From Curvularia clavata (lineage: Eukaryota): a stretch of DNA of 64,000 nt. The position numbers and the translations under genes were made by a program. Of this stretch, positions 24,513-37,377 are shown piece after piece. Within the stretch, counting starts at the first letter, position 1. The number at the start of each line of letters is the position of its first letter. The stretch lies in contig CP089275.1 in assembly GCA_023920165.1 (NCBI GenBank), positions 4,526,001 through 4,590,000 on the forward strand, given 5' to 3'. The notes below the pieces were generated by a model, which saw nothing but the letters and a program-made list of their open reading frames with translations, was not told where the DNA came from and searched no databases.

Positions 24513-26582
24513 TCAACGACGACTGCAGGACGAGTAAGAATCTCATAGGCAAGGGTGATGAATCACGTTGTCGTGATAAAGTCTTACCTATAAGCGGCAT
24601 CAACCTGTGAACGCCTCTTCCGCTTGCTATGGTCTTCGTGCTGTCGCAACTTTTCGTGTTCTTGGTCAGCGTCTTCATAGCTCCTCTTTCTAGAGAACGA
24701 GCTGTCGCTTCGATTGAGGGATGGTGCAGCAGGCGCATCCTGTTGCAACCCGTCACCTTGCTTTTCAGGCTCAAAATCAGAACCAGCCATCGTCCGATTG
24801 CTTCCTTCAGAGTGTGCGGGGCTTCCTCTAGGCTTGTCATAGCTATGGCTATTGGCTGGAGGTGCATTCCAGGTGTCGTACTGCTGTTCTGCTGGAGGAG
24901 GTGGAGGAGGCGGTGGTCTAGAGCTGACACCTGCTGACATGGATCCGTATGGACGAGGAGGAACAGATCTAGGCCCGCTGTGGTGGTAGCCACCATATGA
25001 CTGCGCCCGCTGGGCTGGCTGTGTATGCATTTGAGTTGATGTGGATGGAGAGGTAGCCGGCGACTTCTCGGCAAGTGGCGCAGATCGATACACGTCAGAT
25101 AGAGAGCAAGGTACCAACATTGGCTCGTTTGACGGTGGCTTTGGGGTTCCAGTCACGCCTAGTCTCGCAAGGATGTCCTCCTGGCTTCCTTGCGGAGGAG
25201 ATGCTGTCTCTCTCTTAGACGTGCCGGGCACTGCACTTCCGTGATTTCTACTGAGCGCCTGCTCGAGATTGTCCATAATATCCCATGTGACATCACGCAT
25301 CTCCATATCTCCGTCATCCTTTGCCACCTCTTCAGACTCATCAGGACGATCCCGCTGTGCGATACACTCTTCCAGTGTGACTAGGTTATTTTGCATCTCT
25401 TCGTCTGTGAAGACGACAAAAACTGGGTCGTCTTTGATGGTTTCCCAGTCGTCGGTTTGTCTCACGTTGAGGAAAGCTTCATGCGAATTCTCGGCGGTGA
25501 AGTACACAGATACCGAGTCTCCGTTATCGAGTTTTTCTGGTGTTGGTTTTAATGCTTCTTCTTCGGCCTCTGCGAAAGTGGAGGGCAATGCACGAGTCAC
25601 TTGTTTCGCGGGATGCCAGATGATGACTCCGAGACTCAGTGCGGGATCGACGGGCTCATTGCTCTTCGGCCAGATCGCACCGTCAAAGTCAAAATCCCAG
25701 TCATCCCAGGCCAAGAATAACTGCGGCTTCTCGTTCATACTCCCATCGCTTACGACACTGTTGGGATGGACAGATTGCTGGGAAGATTGAGATTTGTTGA
25801 GGTGGGCAGTTGCTGGAGTAGGTGTTGCCTCAGCATCTAGCATGGTTTGAGTGTTTGGCTGCCCAGTAAATGAGTTATGTTGTGACTGCCATGCTCCGTT
25901 TCTGCCATAAGTTGGATGGCCTGCATCAGCAGTAGCAGGCTGTGATGGGTAGCCCTGATAGCTATTCTGGGAAGGTGCATAAGATTGAGCAGGTAGATGA
26001 CTCGAGGCTTGCGGGTAGCCTGAACTTGGTGGATAACCAGGTTTGGGCCACTGATAATTGTTCTGTGCTTGAGAATACGGGTGCCCATATCCGGGTGCTT
26101 GGTTACTATAGTTCTGAACAGGATAGCCTTGTTGCGGATAGTTTGAAGACGCCTGAAACCCAGGCTGTGGCGACTTGTATGAGCTGGGAAACTTATTAGC
26201 ACCAAAGGGACCTGGGGGTTGTGCTGGTCCGCGGTAGCCTGGGGGAGGGGGATATCGAGTAATTATGGGGTTTCCCTTCTTCTTTGGTGGTCTATAACAG
26301 TGTCAGAACGAATGACGCACATCGTGGAAAAGATGTATGCCGATGAGCACGTGATTAACAGTTGATCAAAATCGGAAGTGGGACCTACTGTACATGCGGA
26401 GCGCGATGAGGGGGAACAGTGTGCGGAAAGCCAGCAACTGGCTGGTGTTGACCATATCTTGGCTGCTGTCCTGGCTGTTGTCCATATTGATAGGGTGGCT
26501 GTTGACCGTATGGAGGTGGGCCATTCGGATATGGTTGCTGTTGGAAAGGCGCCGCACCCCCTACGGGCCCGTTCCAAGACAT
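24513..26582 (-). CDS. Uncharacterised protein with Q/P/Y/G-rich N-terminus and basic C-terminus (3 coding exons)
   Basis: Exon 1 MSWNGPVGG...; intron about 26292-26387; exon 2 runs in frame into the 419-aa ORF; a final intron (GTAAGA...CTGCAG) gives the end KRKRRSQVDAAYSRR*. Confidence 0.72.
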
Positions 26583-27345
26583 CACCCTGTGAAATTCACC
26601 TGTTGAGATCGATGACAGAAAGAGAAAGATCCCGGCAGGGAAGATGATAGGGAACGATGAAGTGCTTGGTAGCGGTGGCGTAGTTTGCGCTATTGAGGAG
26701 AGTTCTTAAAGTATGAGATTCGCGTCCCAAAATTTGGTCAGGTTGAGCGCACGAGCCAGGACGAAGGAGAAGCCCAAGCTTACGGAGGGGCGTCAATTGA
26801 GTATATCCTGGTAACGTTGGAAATTTTGGAGACTGAATAACTATACCGTGGCGCTGAAGAGGGCAAGTGAGTTGACACAGAGAGTGAGACAAGCCTCGTT
26901 GGTGATATGAGGAAAAACTTTAGTGGACGGTATTGAGAGCATGAAGCAGTCGAGTAGCGAATTTAGGACGCCGCAGAGAAGTGTCCTCCAAGACTGAAAG
27001 GACATGACAGACAAAGAGAGGCCCAGCACTAGAGACTCCGGTGCCTCGTGAGGTTTGGAAAGCGTGTCCCGTGGAGAAGGCGTAAAAGGGAAGTCTGGAG
27101 CGTAGTCACGTTTTTCTGCGCATGGACCACCAAGCGGGATACCGCCGCATGTTGGACGGGACGCAGCACAAGTTGCCCCCCATATCATGTCGTTCGCGTT
27201 TGCGCCACCGCCTGTATAGCGCCTCCCCATGCGCCTCTGAGGATGATTGTACGCTACAGACATTTGCTAGCGACCAGTATAGACTCAATACCCTGAGCTG
27301 AGCCGCGGATGCTGTAACCCCCGTACCCACTCCACGAACACCACC

Positions 27346-28424
27346 ATGCCCGGCCTACCATGTACGTCAGTCACTAGGAAACCCCGCTACTACTCCACAT
27401 ACTCATACTGACTCTTTGTAGCCAGCGTAGACCTGGATGAATGCATATCCCGGTTGTCTAAGAAGGAACTGCTTGCGGAGCCGGTCATCGAGGCAATATG
27501 CGCAAAGACCAAGGAGCTGCTTATGAAGGAGAGCAACGTGGTCCACATCAGAGCACCCGTCACCGTTGTCGGTGATATCCATGGCCAGTTCTTCGACATG
27601 ATGGAGATTTTCAAGATCGGTGGACCATGCCCGGACACAAACTACCTCTTCTTGGGTGAGTACTGGTCTGCCCCTCATATGGGGCACGCGACCTCGAGCT
27701 GCCGAACTGACAGTGAGAAGGCGACTACGTCGACCGCGGCCTTTTTTCTGTCGAAACCATATCGCTCCTCGTATGTCTAAAACTCCGCTATCCACACCGT
27801 GTCCACCTTATCCGTGGCAATCATGAGTCTCGCGGCGTTACTCAGTCGTATGGCTTCTATACCGAGTGCTCTCGCAAATATGGCAACGCCAACGTTTGGC
27901 ACTATTTCACAGACATGTTTGACTTTCTTACTCTCTCCGTGGTCATCAACGACCAAATCTTCTGTGTACACGGTGGTCTGTCGCCTTCGATACATTCCAT
28001 CGACCAAATCAAGATTATCGACCGTTTCCGAGAAATCCCCCACGAAGGGCCCATGGCGGATCTCGTGTGGAGCGACCCAGATCCCGAAAGAGATGAGTTC
28101 TCACTCAGCCCGAGAGGAGCAGGTTACACATTTGGCGCTCAGGTGGTCAAAAAGTTCCTAGAAGTCAACTCCATGTCGCATATTCTACGTGCGCATCAGT
28201 TGTGCCAAGAAGGCTATCAAATTCTCTACGATGACAGACTGAGTACTGTCTGGAGTGCACCGAACTACTGCTATCGGTGTGGCAACATGGCCAGTGTGCT
28301 AGAAGTCAGCGACACGGGTGAACGTTTCTTCAACGTTTTTGATGCTAGTCCGGACAACGATGTCCACCGAGCTGAGCAACAACAGCAGCAAGGAAAGGAA
28401 GTGACGACAGAGTATTTCCTATGA
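27346..28424 (+). CDS. PPG1: PP2A-like Ser/Thr phosphatase catalytic subunit, Ppg1 type
   Basis: [14 protein letters not shown] start; GDIHG, GDYVDRG and RGNHE motifs; [12 protein letters not shown]-terminal YFL. Confidence 0.9.
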
Positions 28425-28608
28425 TACTGATACCCCATGTATATAGCGATGCATTTATGCTTCAACGCTCACTTTGCATTTGTCGGCGTTGGCAATAGAC
28501 ACAGCGATCATATGAACATATGGTGGTTATGTACGTTCTAGCGCGGCATCAAATCATATCAAGAGCGTGATTTCAACAGCATCATAGCTGTAGCCTCATG
28601 CTCTCGCT

Positions 28609-30011
28609 TCAACAACCTAGATACTTTGTTTCGACCCATCGCGCCTCTTCGTCGCTACCCAGCCTTGCAACCACAATTCTGATGTCCGGAAATACGCTAA
28701 AGACCCTATTCAATCCCACTTTTCCGGCAGTGTACGTCACAAAGACTATTTTGTGTTCTGGTACACCGTGATCAACAAGCACTCTGACCGCCATCAGCGC
28801 GGCCGCTCCTGTTGAGAATTGGGGATCGAGGACTAAGACGAGTCCATGCTCAGAAATGTTGCTTGGTAACGCCCGATAATGAAGCTCTGGCTCCCCTGTT
28901 CTGTAGTTTGTCTGAATCAATACTCGTCCCGTCCTGCAATCAGGAATTGTCCGTCGCAAACCGGTCTCGAAAGCACTACCGCCGCGTAGCACGACCACAG
29001 CACTGACTTCTGCATTCTTCTTCAATCCCTGATAAGTGGTGTTCTGGGGTGTCGTAACCTGGTGTGACACAAATGGTAAGAAATCCACTGCAGTCTCGAC
29101 AAGCAGTGCCACCATGCGATCGAAGTAAAAGACAAAGTCCTCCCTCGACGTGTCAGGGTTCAACAGCAATGTGTGCATGCCCCTGACCTGGTTCGTCTGC
29201 TTGAGTATGATTGCATTTTGACTCAGTGGCGTGTCTTCTGCAATCTTGCCCAGCCGTCTAAGTTCAGACTGGTGCTGTACACTCTTACTTTGGAGCGTTT
29301 GCCGAACCTGATTACTCACCATAGTAATGGCAACCTTATTCTCAATACCTCTTGGGATAATCAGGTCTGCAACCTCGCGTTGTGGGGCGACATATTTGTA
29401 ATAGTTGGGTTTGACAAAAGAGAACCACTGTTTGATGCAGCCTTCGATATCGCGGCCTCGTTCCTTTACGTCTCGCACAAGACGACGCGAGAGACACAGA
29501 TCGGCATCGGCCTCTGCGAAGATTTTGAGGTCCAAGAGATCCAATATCCGTGGGTCATGGAGGGCGAATATTCCCTCCAGGATTATAACATGTGGAGAGT
29601 AGATCGTTGTAGTCTTGGGCAGGCGAGCGTGCTTCTGGAAAGAGTAGATTGGGACCTCGGCAACCTTGCCGTTCTTAATGTCTTTCAGCCGGTCCACGAG
29701 GATATCGAAGTCTATAGCGTCTGGAGAATCAAAGTCGAACTCGTTACGAAACGCTGCCGCAGATTGCTCCGGTGTAAGAGGTTTGTAGAACGAATCCTAC
29801 ATGTAGTGTTCCTTAGCTGTTTGGGGCACGTGACCCAGTTTACAAGGCTGGAACGAACCATGGACAAGATAACTACCCAAGGCAAGTTGAGTGAGGCAAC
29901 AATAGCCATTGCCAGAGATGTTTTGCCCGAGCCCGAACTACCGGCTACCCCAATAATACTCGCGTTGCCCCATGGCGGTTCGTAATGCGTTCTTCGGCCG
30001 GCTGAAGCCAT
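28609..30011 (-). CDS. URK1: Uridine-cytidine kinase with C-terminal UPRTase-like domain
   Basis: P-loop IIGVAGSSGSGKT, ILEGIFA, RRLVRDVKERGR, followed by a UPRTase-like half (FVFYFDR, VLRGG, VLDPQFSTG). One intron at about 29798-29858. Confidence 0.93.
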
Positions 30012-30367
30012 ATCTGAGGTGCTCTGAGCGTTTTGAACGCCAAGAAGCTGTCCCTAGCCTTGCTATATAAGATCCCACCTCTTGCAGTGAAGTTTGAAGA
30101 TATCAAAAATATATGCAGGGTTCTAGGAACGATGGGTTTCTGCAGTGGGTGGCTCTGACCTTAGTGCCAGGCTTACCTAAGGACCCACCGGCACTAGTCT
30201 CGCCAAGCGCGCAAGCTCAATCTTCTTCTTTCACGAAGCTCTCTCGCAAACTTCCTCCTCTCACGCAAAACTTTGCGTGACCACCAGCACACTCGGCCAA
30301 CGGTCGAGCAGCTTGTATTTCTCACTGATGGACGTCGGCTGAGGCTTGCTGAGCGCCTCGCTTCACC

Positions 30368-31558
30368 ATGGTAAGCTCCCTTGCGCCTGCTATTGCGACT
30401 CTTCACGTCCGCTGACAATTCTGCAGAGCTCATCCACAGTCTCCGTCTCGGCGGCAACACCAACACAGCCTCATCCCTTCCAGAGAAAGGTCGATGATGT
30501 CAAACCATCCAAGGCGTAAGTTTACCACTGTCCGCGCCGCTTCCGCTGCCTCCTTCGTATGATGATTTCAAAATAAGTTGGGAATCTCTCCGAACCAACA
30601 TGTGGAGAACACATTAACTTGTATCTCTGATTCTTTGGCAGCGTCTGCACCGCGCGCTACTCTGCTTGCTTGGACATGGCGCATCAATACTAACGTTGCT
30701 TCTGCAGGGATATCAACTCCGTCGTCTATGACTACCTGGTCAGCGAAGGCTACCCTAGAGCAGCGGAAAAGTTTGCCAAAGAAGCAAACATCACGCGGTC
30801 TCTTGACAAGGAGTCGATTCAGTCGCGCGTAGAAATACGTAGGGCTATTCATGCTGGTGACATCGACACTGCTATCACCAAGATCAATGATTTGAACCCT
30901 GAGGTAAGCAATGTTCTCTTTCTCATTCTACACCACCTTGCAGGATTATACACAGTTTCATGCACCACGCAGAATCTCTTTGATGATAATCAAACCTTCA
31001 GTCCTCAGTATGATTGCAAGCAAACATATATACTTATCTCGCGTATTCGTCGTTGGACTTTGCTAATGCGCCAATCAGATCTTAGACACAGACCCAGCCT
31101 TGCACTTTGATCTGCTCAGGCTACAGCTCATTGAGCTTATCCGCGCGTGCACGTCGTCTGCTACATCCGACATTACGCCTGCGCTTAATTTCGCTTCATC
31201 TCAACTTGCTCCTCGCGCAGCCACCAACCCAGATTTCCTTAAGGATCTGGAGCTTACAATGTCGTTGCTTATATTTCTTCCGGCTGCCCCCGGTACCCTG
31301 CAAAGGGAGCTCAACGAGCTGTTGGAACCTTCGCTCCGTAGAAATGTTGCCAGCAAGGTCAATGAAGCAATACTTATCAGTGAAGGGAAACCCGGAGAGT
31401 CGCAGATGAGAAACTTAGTCCGCTTACGACAATGGGCCGAGACTAAGGCAAGGGCAGCTGGAAAGGATCTTCCCCCCTCCCTGCCTCTCGGATTGCAAGA
31501 CGCCGACGAGCGGCCGGCTAACGGCCACAACGAGGCTCCCGATGTGATGGTGCAGTAG
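30368..31558 (+). CDS. GID8: CTLH/GID E3 ligase subunit Gid8/Twa1 (LisH-CTLH-CRA), 4 exons
   Basis: ATG-only exon 1; LisH DINSVVYDYLVSEGYPRAAEKFAKEA; CTLH RVEIRRAIHAGDIDTAI..LNPEILDTDPALHFDLLRLQLIELIR; CRA LELTMSLLIF, VASKVNEAIL. Confidence 0.9.
30555..30635 (+). ncRNA. Intronic box C/D snoRNA, probable U79/SNORD79-like LSU rRNA methylation guide
   Basis: In GID8 intron 2: box C ATGATGA 30559-30565, guide TGGGAATCTC 30579-30588, D' CCGA 30590-30593, box D CTGA 30627-30630, flanking stem GCTGCC/GGCAGC. The guide is complementary to conserved LSU GAGAUUCCCA. Confidence 0.8.
30937..31020 (+). ncRNA. Intronic box C/D snoRNA, probable snR40/U32-like 18S methylation guide
   Basis: In GID8 intron 3: terminal stem CTTGCA/TGCAAG, C AGGATTA, guide CATGCACCAC 30959-30968, D' CAGA 30970-30973, C' TTGATGA 30980-30986, D ATGA 31010-31013. 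The guide is complementary to 18S GUGGUGCAUG. Confidence 0.78.
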
Positions 31559-33142
31559 ATGGATAGGCGCTGGGCGTCTTTTGACCACCAATTGTCTTGC
31601 GGGGTTCGCACTATGCATTGTGATGATTTGGATGAGCGGCAAGGCGTTTAGAGACACCCCCCATTGTGATGCCATTAGGTTCCGGTAACACGGAGCTTTT
31701 TATGCCTAATATACAATGATTCTTGATCAGCCTCGTGTTTCCCAAAAGCTGTTGTAGCATGTCGTCATATGTCAGTTTCGTGATAGTTGTGTGACACTCT
31801 AGCTCCTGTGATCTTGGTGTTGTGGGCTCAATGATACGCTTTGCCAAGGAGTGCCCCGCGTTGGGTCTATAGCAAGACATAACGTACACTCACTCTAAGC
31901 AGTCACAGAGGTGCTCATGTGTTTATCAGGGTTCTCACAGAGACGTGGAGATAAAGAGGGCCCTGCGTGGCCCGCTCCTTGCTTTTATACAAAGAGATTC
32001 CTTTTCATCTGACCGCCTTGCTTTGCTTGCAAGCCAACCGAAGACTGGTCTTTGGCATTCCTAGCAGATCTGCCAACCTTGCCGATCCTCGCGTCCTGGT
32101 CGACGTCCTGTCCTTTTCTCCGCAGCCTTGAACGCTTGTTGACACACGCCAGTGACTGGCTTCCCGCGCTCTACCCCGCGATTGCGGCCGCACTACGAAG
32201 ACGGTTCTCGGACCCCGACGCCCCCGCATGGTACGCCAGGAGCCGCATGCGGTGGATCTGTCTAAAAGCAATTTTGAGTGACGTTATTGGATCGTCCACG
32301 ACGTAGCACTTCCTGGAATGGAAATCACGGCTGCAAGGCATACGTGTGACTGAAAGGCTGGCGCATGGCGTCTGGGAATAGCGTTTCAACATTGCGTTCG
32401 ACCGGCCCAGTGGGAATGCTTGCTGTGCTCTGTTGGTACGATTCATGTCGAGTGTCTTCTCACATCAGCTGCCGTGGAATCGATAACGCAGACGTCAGGT
32501 GAAAATGGTTTGTTGAGGAACCGTATTATGGTCAGCCATGGAAGCACACCATCCAAAAGCCATTGTGGGCTTGGGAATGATCGCAAGACAATGCTCGATT
32601 TTTCGCCAGAGTTTTTCTCGTACGGTGGTCGCCGCGGATGAGAGCACAAAGTATCAGGAGATATTCGGCCGAAAGAAGCTAGCTGCGTTCTGTTGGAGCC
32701 ACTCCACTTCAGACCACTTCCTTCCTAATCACCCCTCACACCATATTGGCAAACGAGGGCGGCCCTCTGCGCTTGATCCCTGGGCTGATTTACACGCGCT
32801 AAAATCAGACCATTCTGACCTGGGCCTTCTCTTCGGGACCTCCACGCTCACGCTACTGTCGCTGCCACCTAGCTGATGCATCATGATCCGCAAGTCCGTC
32901 CAATCTTGACCTATGTACCCCTCCGGGAGGTCCACTGTACAAGTACACCTCGCAAACTTAGACCAATGAGGCAAAGGTATCATCCATGACTACCTCCGGC
33001 ACGCCGAGTGGGAGACTCGCCTTTGCCGTGGGTGAACGGACGCAATCCTACAGAGAAGGCGCGTCTGTATCCAGACCCTGGTGTCATCCGTTTGTTTCCG
33101 AGTGGGGTTACGGTCTTAAGTTCTCACTGCCTTGCCAGTGAG

Positions 33143-33150
33143 TATATAAA
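33143..33150 (+). promoter_or_regulatory. TATA box of ADH1
   Basis: TATATAAA about 90 nt upstream of ATG 33235, followed by a CA-rich leader. Confidence 0.6.
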
Positions 33151-33234
33151 CCACTTACCTTCCGTAACACAAGAACATCAACCACATTCCATCTACCAAC
33201 ACTACATTCCAAACACTCTACCGCCTCTACCACC

Positions 33235-34392
33235 ATGAGCAACATTCCCCAAGAGCAGTGGGCGCAGGTCATCGAGAAGACCGGCGGTCCAGTCGAGTAC
33301 AAGAAGATTCCAGTTCAGAAGCCCGGTCCCGATGAGGTTTTGGTCAACATCAAGTACTCTGGTGTGTGCCATACTGATCTCCACGCTGTGAACGGTGACT
33401 GGCCTTTGGTAAGCATAATCACCATCTTCAATTGGAATGGTACTAACATTGTCAAGCCAACCAAGCTTCCTCTCGTTGGTGGCCATGAAGGTGCCGGTGT
33501 CGTGGTCGCTCGAGGAGAGCTTGTCAACGACGTCGAACTTGGCGATCACGTCGGTATGACATACTTCTACTTTTGCTGTCAAGTAAGATGCTAACGCATA
33601 AAAGGTGTCAAGTGGCTGAATGGTTCTTGTCTATCCTGTGACTATTGCCAAACAGCAGATGAACCCCTCTGCCCGAAGCCACTTCTCTCTGGATATACTG
33701 TCGATGGCACCTTCCAGCAATACTGCATCGCCAAAGCCGCCCACGTTGCCCGCATCCCTAAGGAATGTGACTTGGCTGCAATTGCACCTGTCCTTTGTGC
33801 TGGTATCACGGTATACAAAGGTCTGAAGGAATCCGGTGTTAAACCCGGCCAATTCGCTGCCATTGTCGGTGCTGGAGGTGGTCTCGGCTCGCTCGCTTGC
33901 CAGTACGCAAAGGCTATGGGAGTGCGAACAATTGCTATTGATGCTGGTGAGGAGAAGAAGAACATGTGCGTTAATGATCTTGGCGCCGAAGCATTCGTCG
34001 ATTTCTCCACATCCAAGAACCTCGTCGCCGACGTCCAAAAGGCAACTCCTGATGGCCTTGGTCCTCACGTTGTCATCCTCGTTGCTGTCAACGAGAAGCC
34101 GTTCCAGCAGGCCGCTGAGTACGTCCGACCACGCGGTACCGTCATCTGCATTGGTCTTCCCGCCGGCGCCTATCTGAAAGCTCCCGTCTTTGAGACTGTC
34201 ATTAAGATGATCAGGATCCAGGGTTCGTACGTTGGCAACCGCAAGGACAGCTCAGAGGCGATTGAGTTTTTCCGTCGTGGCTTGATCAAGGCTCCGTTCA
34301 AGGTTGTGGGTCTGTCCGAGCTGCAAATGGTCTACGACAAGATGCATCAGGGTACTGTTGTCGGACGATATGTCCTCGACACATCCAAGTAA
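33235..34392 (+). CDS. ADH1: Zn-dependent alcohol dehydrogenase (MDR family)
   Basis: [16 protein letters not shown], structural-Zn cysteines [25 protein letters not shown] and GRYVLDTSK; two introns. Confidence 0.95.
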
Positions 34393-35359
34393 AGCACAGA
34401 GTGGCATTGCGAATGCATGGATGAAGCGATTGTACTGTATATATTTGAGATTATGATATCAAATGAGGAGTTTCTTCTTTTTTTCACTTTTTGGTGCTTC
34501 AGTTTGTCAAAGAGCGCGGCAATTACAGTCGTGATGATTTTGAATGACGACTTTTGCATTGAGATCTGTGTACGATCCTCAACAATTTTCGATTCGATAA
34601 TTGCTAGAAGGTATTTTCACATGCGACGTGAGTAAGCATGCATTCTACCTTACTAGACCAAACGCCTACTAGCATCCCATATGCCCTTATCCCCGCTTTT
34701 CTCAATCCACATCGTTCCCTCTACAACTCTCACGTTTACTTACAGCCCTCACTCAGCCCTGTACCCTAGAAAAAGATACACCAAAGAAAAACACGCCAAG
34801 CCAAAGATACTCAAGAATGGTGCTGACTGTACTTGCGTCCCCCTCGCCGCAACCGAAATGTCGCAAACCTAAAACGTGCTTCAGACCTCCACCCCGCATC
34901 TGTTCGTCTAGAAGAAGAGATAAGTAGACGAATGTATAGTATAATGCGTGTTTTGGCCTAGAACTACGAGCGCAAAGACCAGAAAGTGATGGGTGGTTTG
35001 TATGCGTGTGCTGATAAAAAGATTTGGATGGAACAGAAAGAGAAGAGGGTGCGGGATGTACTAGGTGCCAATGCGGCAAAGGTGTTTAGGCCGCCCATGA
35101 TAGGATAATGCACTAGGTAGTATGGGAAGAAAGGCTTGGGGTATGATACACCCTGCACGAGCCCCTTTTTCTAAATACCTGTACGTCGGGGTTAGATGTT
35201 CAGGCACAATACTCTCCTCAGCTTGTTAGTTGCGCGAAGTGAGTTTGGCGGGGTTATTCTTTTTCGTCGTCGCCGTCGAATTTTTGTCGGCAGATTTTGT
35301 CTTTTCCCATTCTATATATTTCGGCAATTTGAAAGCTAGTAGATTAGCAGGGTGCTGGA

Positions 35360-36880
35360 ATGCCGCGCGACGGCGACGATGACGAGGAGCGGGGTAAAAA
35401 AGGTGGAAGAGAAAGAGCAGGAACACGATATATATACACAAGGCGGCGATCCCCAATTGGGCTCCTCAAGCGCAATCGCCTAGTCCTAGCCCTCACAGTC
35501 TGTGTTCTTACATTCATTGTTCGCGCCTACCGTTACTATCCCGCTACTAGTACACAGTCACCACCATCACCATGTCCCAACGAGTTAGGCGGAGCATCAA
35601 ACGACATCCTCGTCGTGCTCCGAACCGGCGCTACCGAAGCTCTTTCCAAAGTCCCTATTCACTTTTCAACAACGCTTCGCTGCGTACCAAATTACGTGCT
35701 ATATTCTGATCTCGAAGAGAACATAGCCGGACACCGCGTGCACGATGTCTTTGCCAATGGCGCAATTAGTCATGCTTTGAGCGAGTCTCACGAGTTGAGA
35801 TTCTACCATCATCTAAAGAAGCTGGGACGACAGGGACTTTTGGCTCTTCAGGCAACTACCAAGCACGACTCTTCTCTCGGTACCACCTCCGATAATCCAG
35901 CTTGGCAACTCGACCGCTTCAAATTCCTACCCATGATATCACAAGCACTCAAACACCGGCCTAGCGCAAAATGGTTCGTCTTCATAGAAGCAGATACGTA
36001 TCTCGTTTGGCAGAATCTCGTTAGTTACCTGCGTCTCTTCGACGCCACAAAGCCGCTTTACATCGGCAAGCACATGTACATGGACGACGTACTCTTCGCA
36101 CACGGCGGCTCGGGCTTCGTGCTTTCACGACCCGCTATGCTACGTGTTGTTGAACAGCGGGATGCACATGTCGCGCGGTATGACGCGCTTGCTAAGGAGA
36201 GCGCGGCGGGAGATATGCTGCTTGGGAAGATTCTCGCAGACGTCCAGGTGCCGTTGTTTTCTGCGTTCCCGCACTTCCAAGGCGATGCTGTGACGGGGCT
36301 GGATGGGAATGTGAGTAAAGTGGAGAGGAGACCATGGTGCTATGCGCCGGTCACGTATCATCATATGCGTGAAGACGAGATTCGTGCATTGTGGGGGTTT
36401 GAAGAGAGGTGGATGCGCGAGAGCGACAAGTTACTTCGACATGCAGATGTTTTCAAGAGTTTTCTTCTTCCGCGCTTACGGCCCAAATTAGATGGTTGGG
36501 ATAATTTCTCGCTAGACAGCATTGACAGCAGTAGCGATTCTGCTGCCGCTGTGCCTTCAACCGCAGATTGCGAGGCGAGATGCGAGGCTAACTCTGCTTG
36601 TCTCCAGTTCTCGTACGAGACAGCAGCAGGAAATTGTGCGACTTCTACACGAGTTGTTCTCGGTGAAGCGGCGAGGAGGCAGTGTGTTGAGTACTCGAGT
36701 GCGGCGGGTAGGTGTGTAAGGTGGCAGGGTGATGGTGACGATGACAATAAGGACTCACGAATGGGGAACACCACACCTGGTTTGGTGCAGTCGGGGTGGA
36801 TGATGCATCGTCTGCAGCGGTATGTGGAAGAGATGGATAGCATGTGTAGTCAAGAAAAGATGAGTATTTGGGTTGTGTGA
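35360..36880 (+). CDS. Glycosyltransferase family 31-like type II membrane protein with C-terminal PAN/apple-like module
   Basis: N-terminal TM (LVLALTVCVLTFIV), W.LDRFKFLPM, KWFVFIEADTY, FAHGGSGFVLS, TYHHM, and CEARCEANSACLQFSY. Confidence 0.85.
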   Translation: MPRDGDDDEERGKKGGRERAGTRYIYTRRRSPIGLLKRNRLVLALTVCVLTFIVRAYRYYPATSTQSPPSPCPNELGGASNDILVVLRTGATEALSKVPIHFSTTLRCVPNYVLYSDLEENIAGHRVHDVFANGAISHALSESHELRFYHHLKKLGRQGLLALQATTKHDSSLGTTSDNPAWQLDRFKFLPMISQALKHRPSAKWFVFIEADTYLVWQNLVSYLRLFDATKPLYIGKHMYMDDVLFAHGGSGFVLSRPAMLRVVEQRDAHVARYDALAKESAAGDMLLGKILADVQVPLFSAFPHFQGDAVTGLDGNVSKVERRPWCYAPVTYHHMREDEIRALWGFEERWMRESDKLLRHADVFKSFLLPRLRPKLDGWDNFSLDSIDSSSDSAAAVPSTADCEARCEANSACLQFSYETAAGNCATSTRVVLGEAARRQCVEYSSAAGRCVRWQGDGDDDNKDSRMGNTTPGLVQSGWMMHRLQRYVEEMDSMCSQEKMSIWVV

Positions 36881-37377
36881 AGAAAACGCTGTTCAGTCAA
36901 CCCGGGTTATTTCTGGAGAGGCTTGCTTGGTTTTCACTTTTTTGTTGTTGAGTTTTTTTATTGTAGTGAAGGAGAATAGGAGCTGAAAGCATCTCTCTTC
37001 TTTTAAAATCCTACACTATAATAAGGGTATATAAACTGGTGGATATGTGTACATGTATCTACAAGAAATTAAGATCCCCAAGTTACGCTGGGACTAGATC
37101 CAATGCTAGGAAGGCTAAAGATAGAGTCGACGTGTATCCAACCATATTTTCCATGGGCAGCCCAATTAATCCCAATACCGACTTCTCATTACGTCGTTAC
37201 AATCGAAAATGACAAATAAATGGCTTGTCGTCAGATGGACGGACAGAGCAATAAATGAAGAATCCAACAGGGATGCCAACTTTGTGCGCCTAGTCCCTTT
37301 GTGTATATGCAAGAAGTGCTGTGAGGCAGTAGATTCGATATAATACATTGGGGTATGAAGCAGAGGGTGATTAATGG

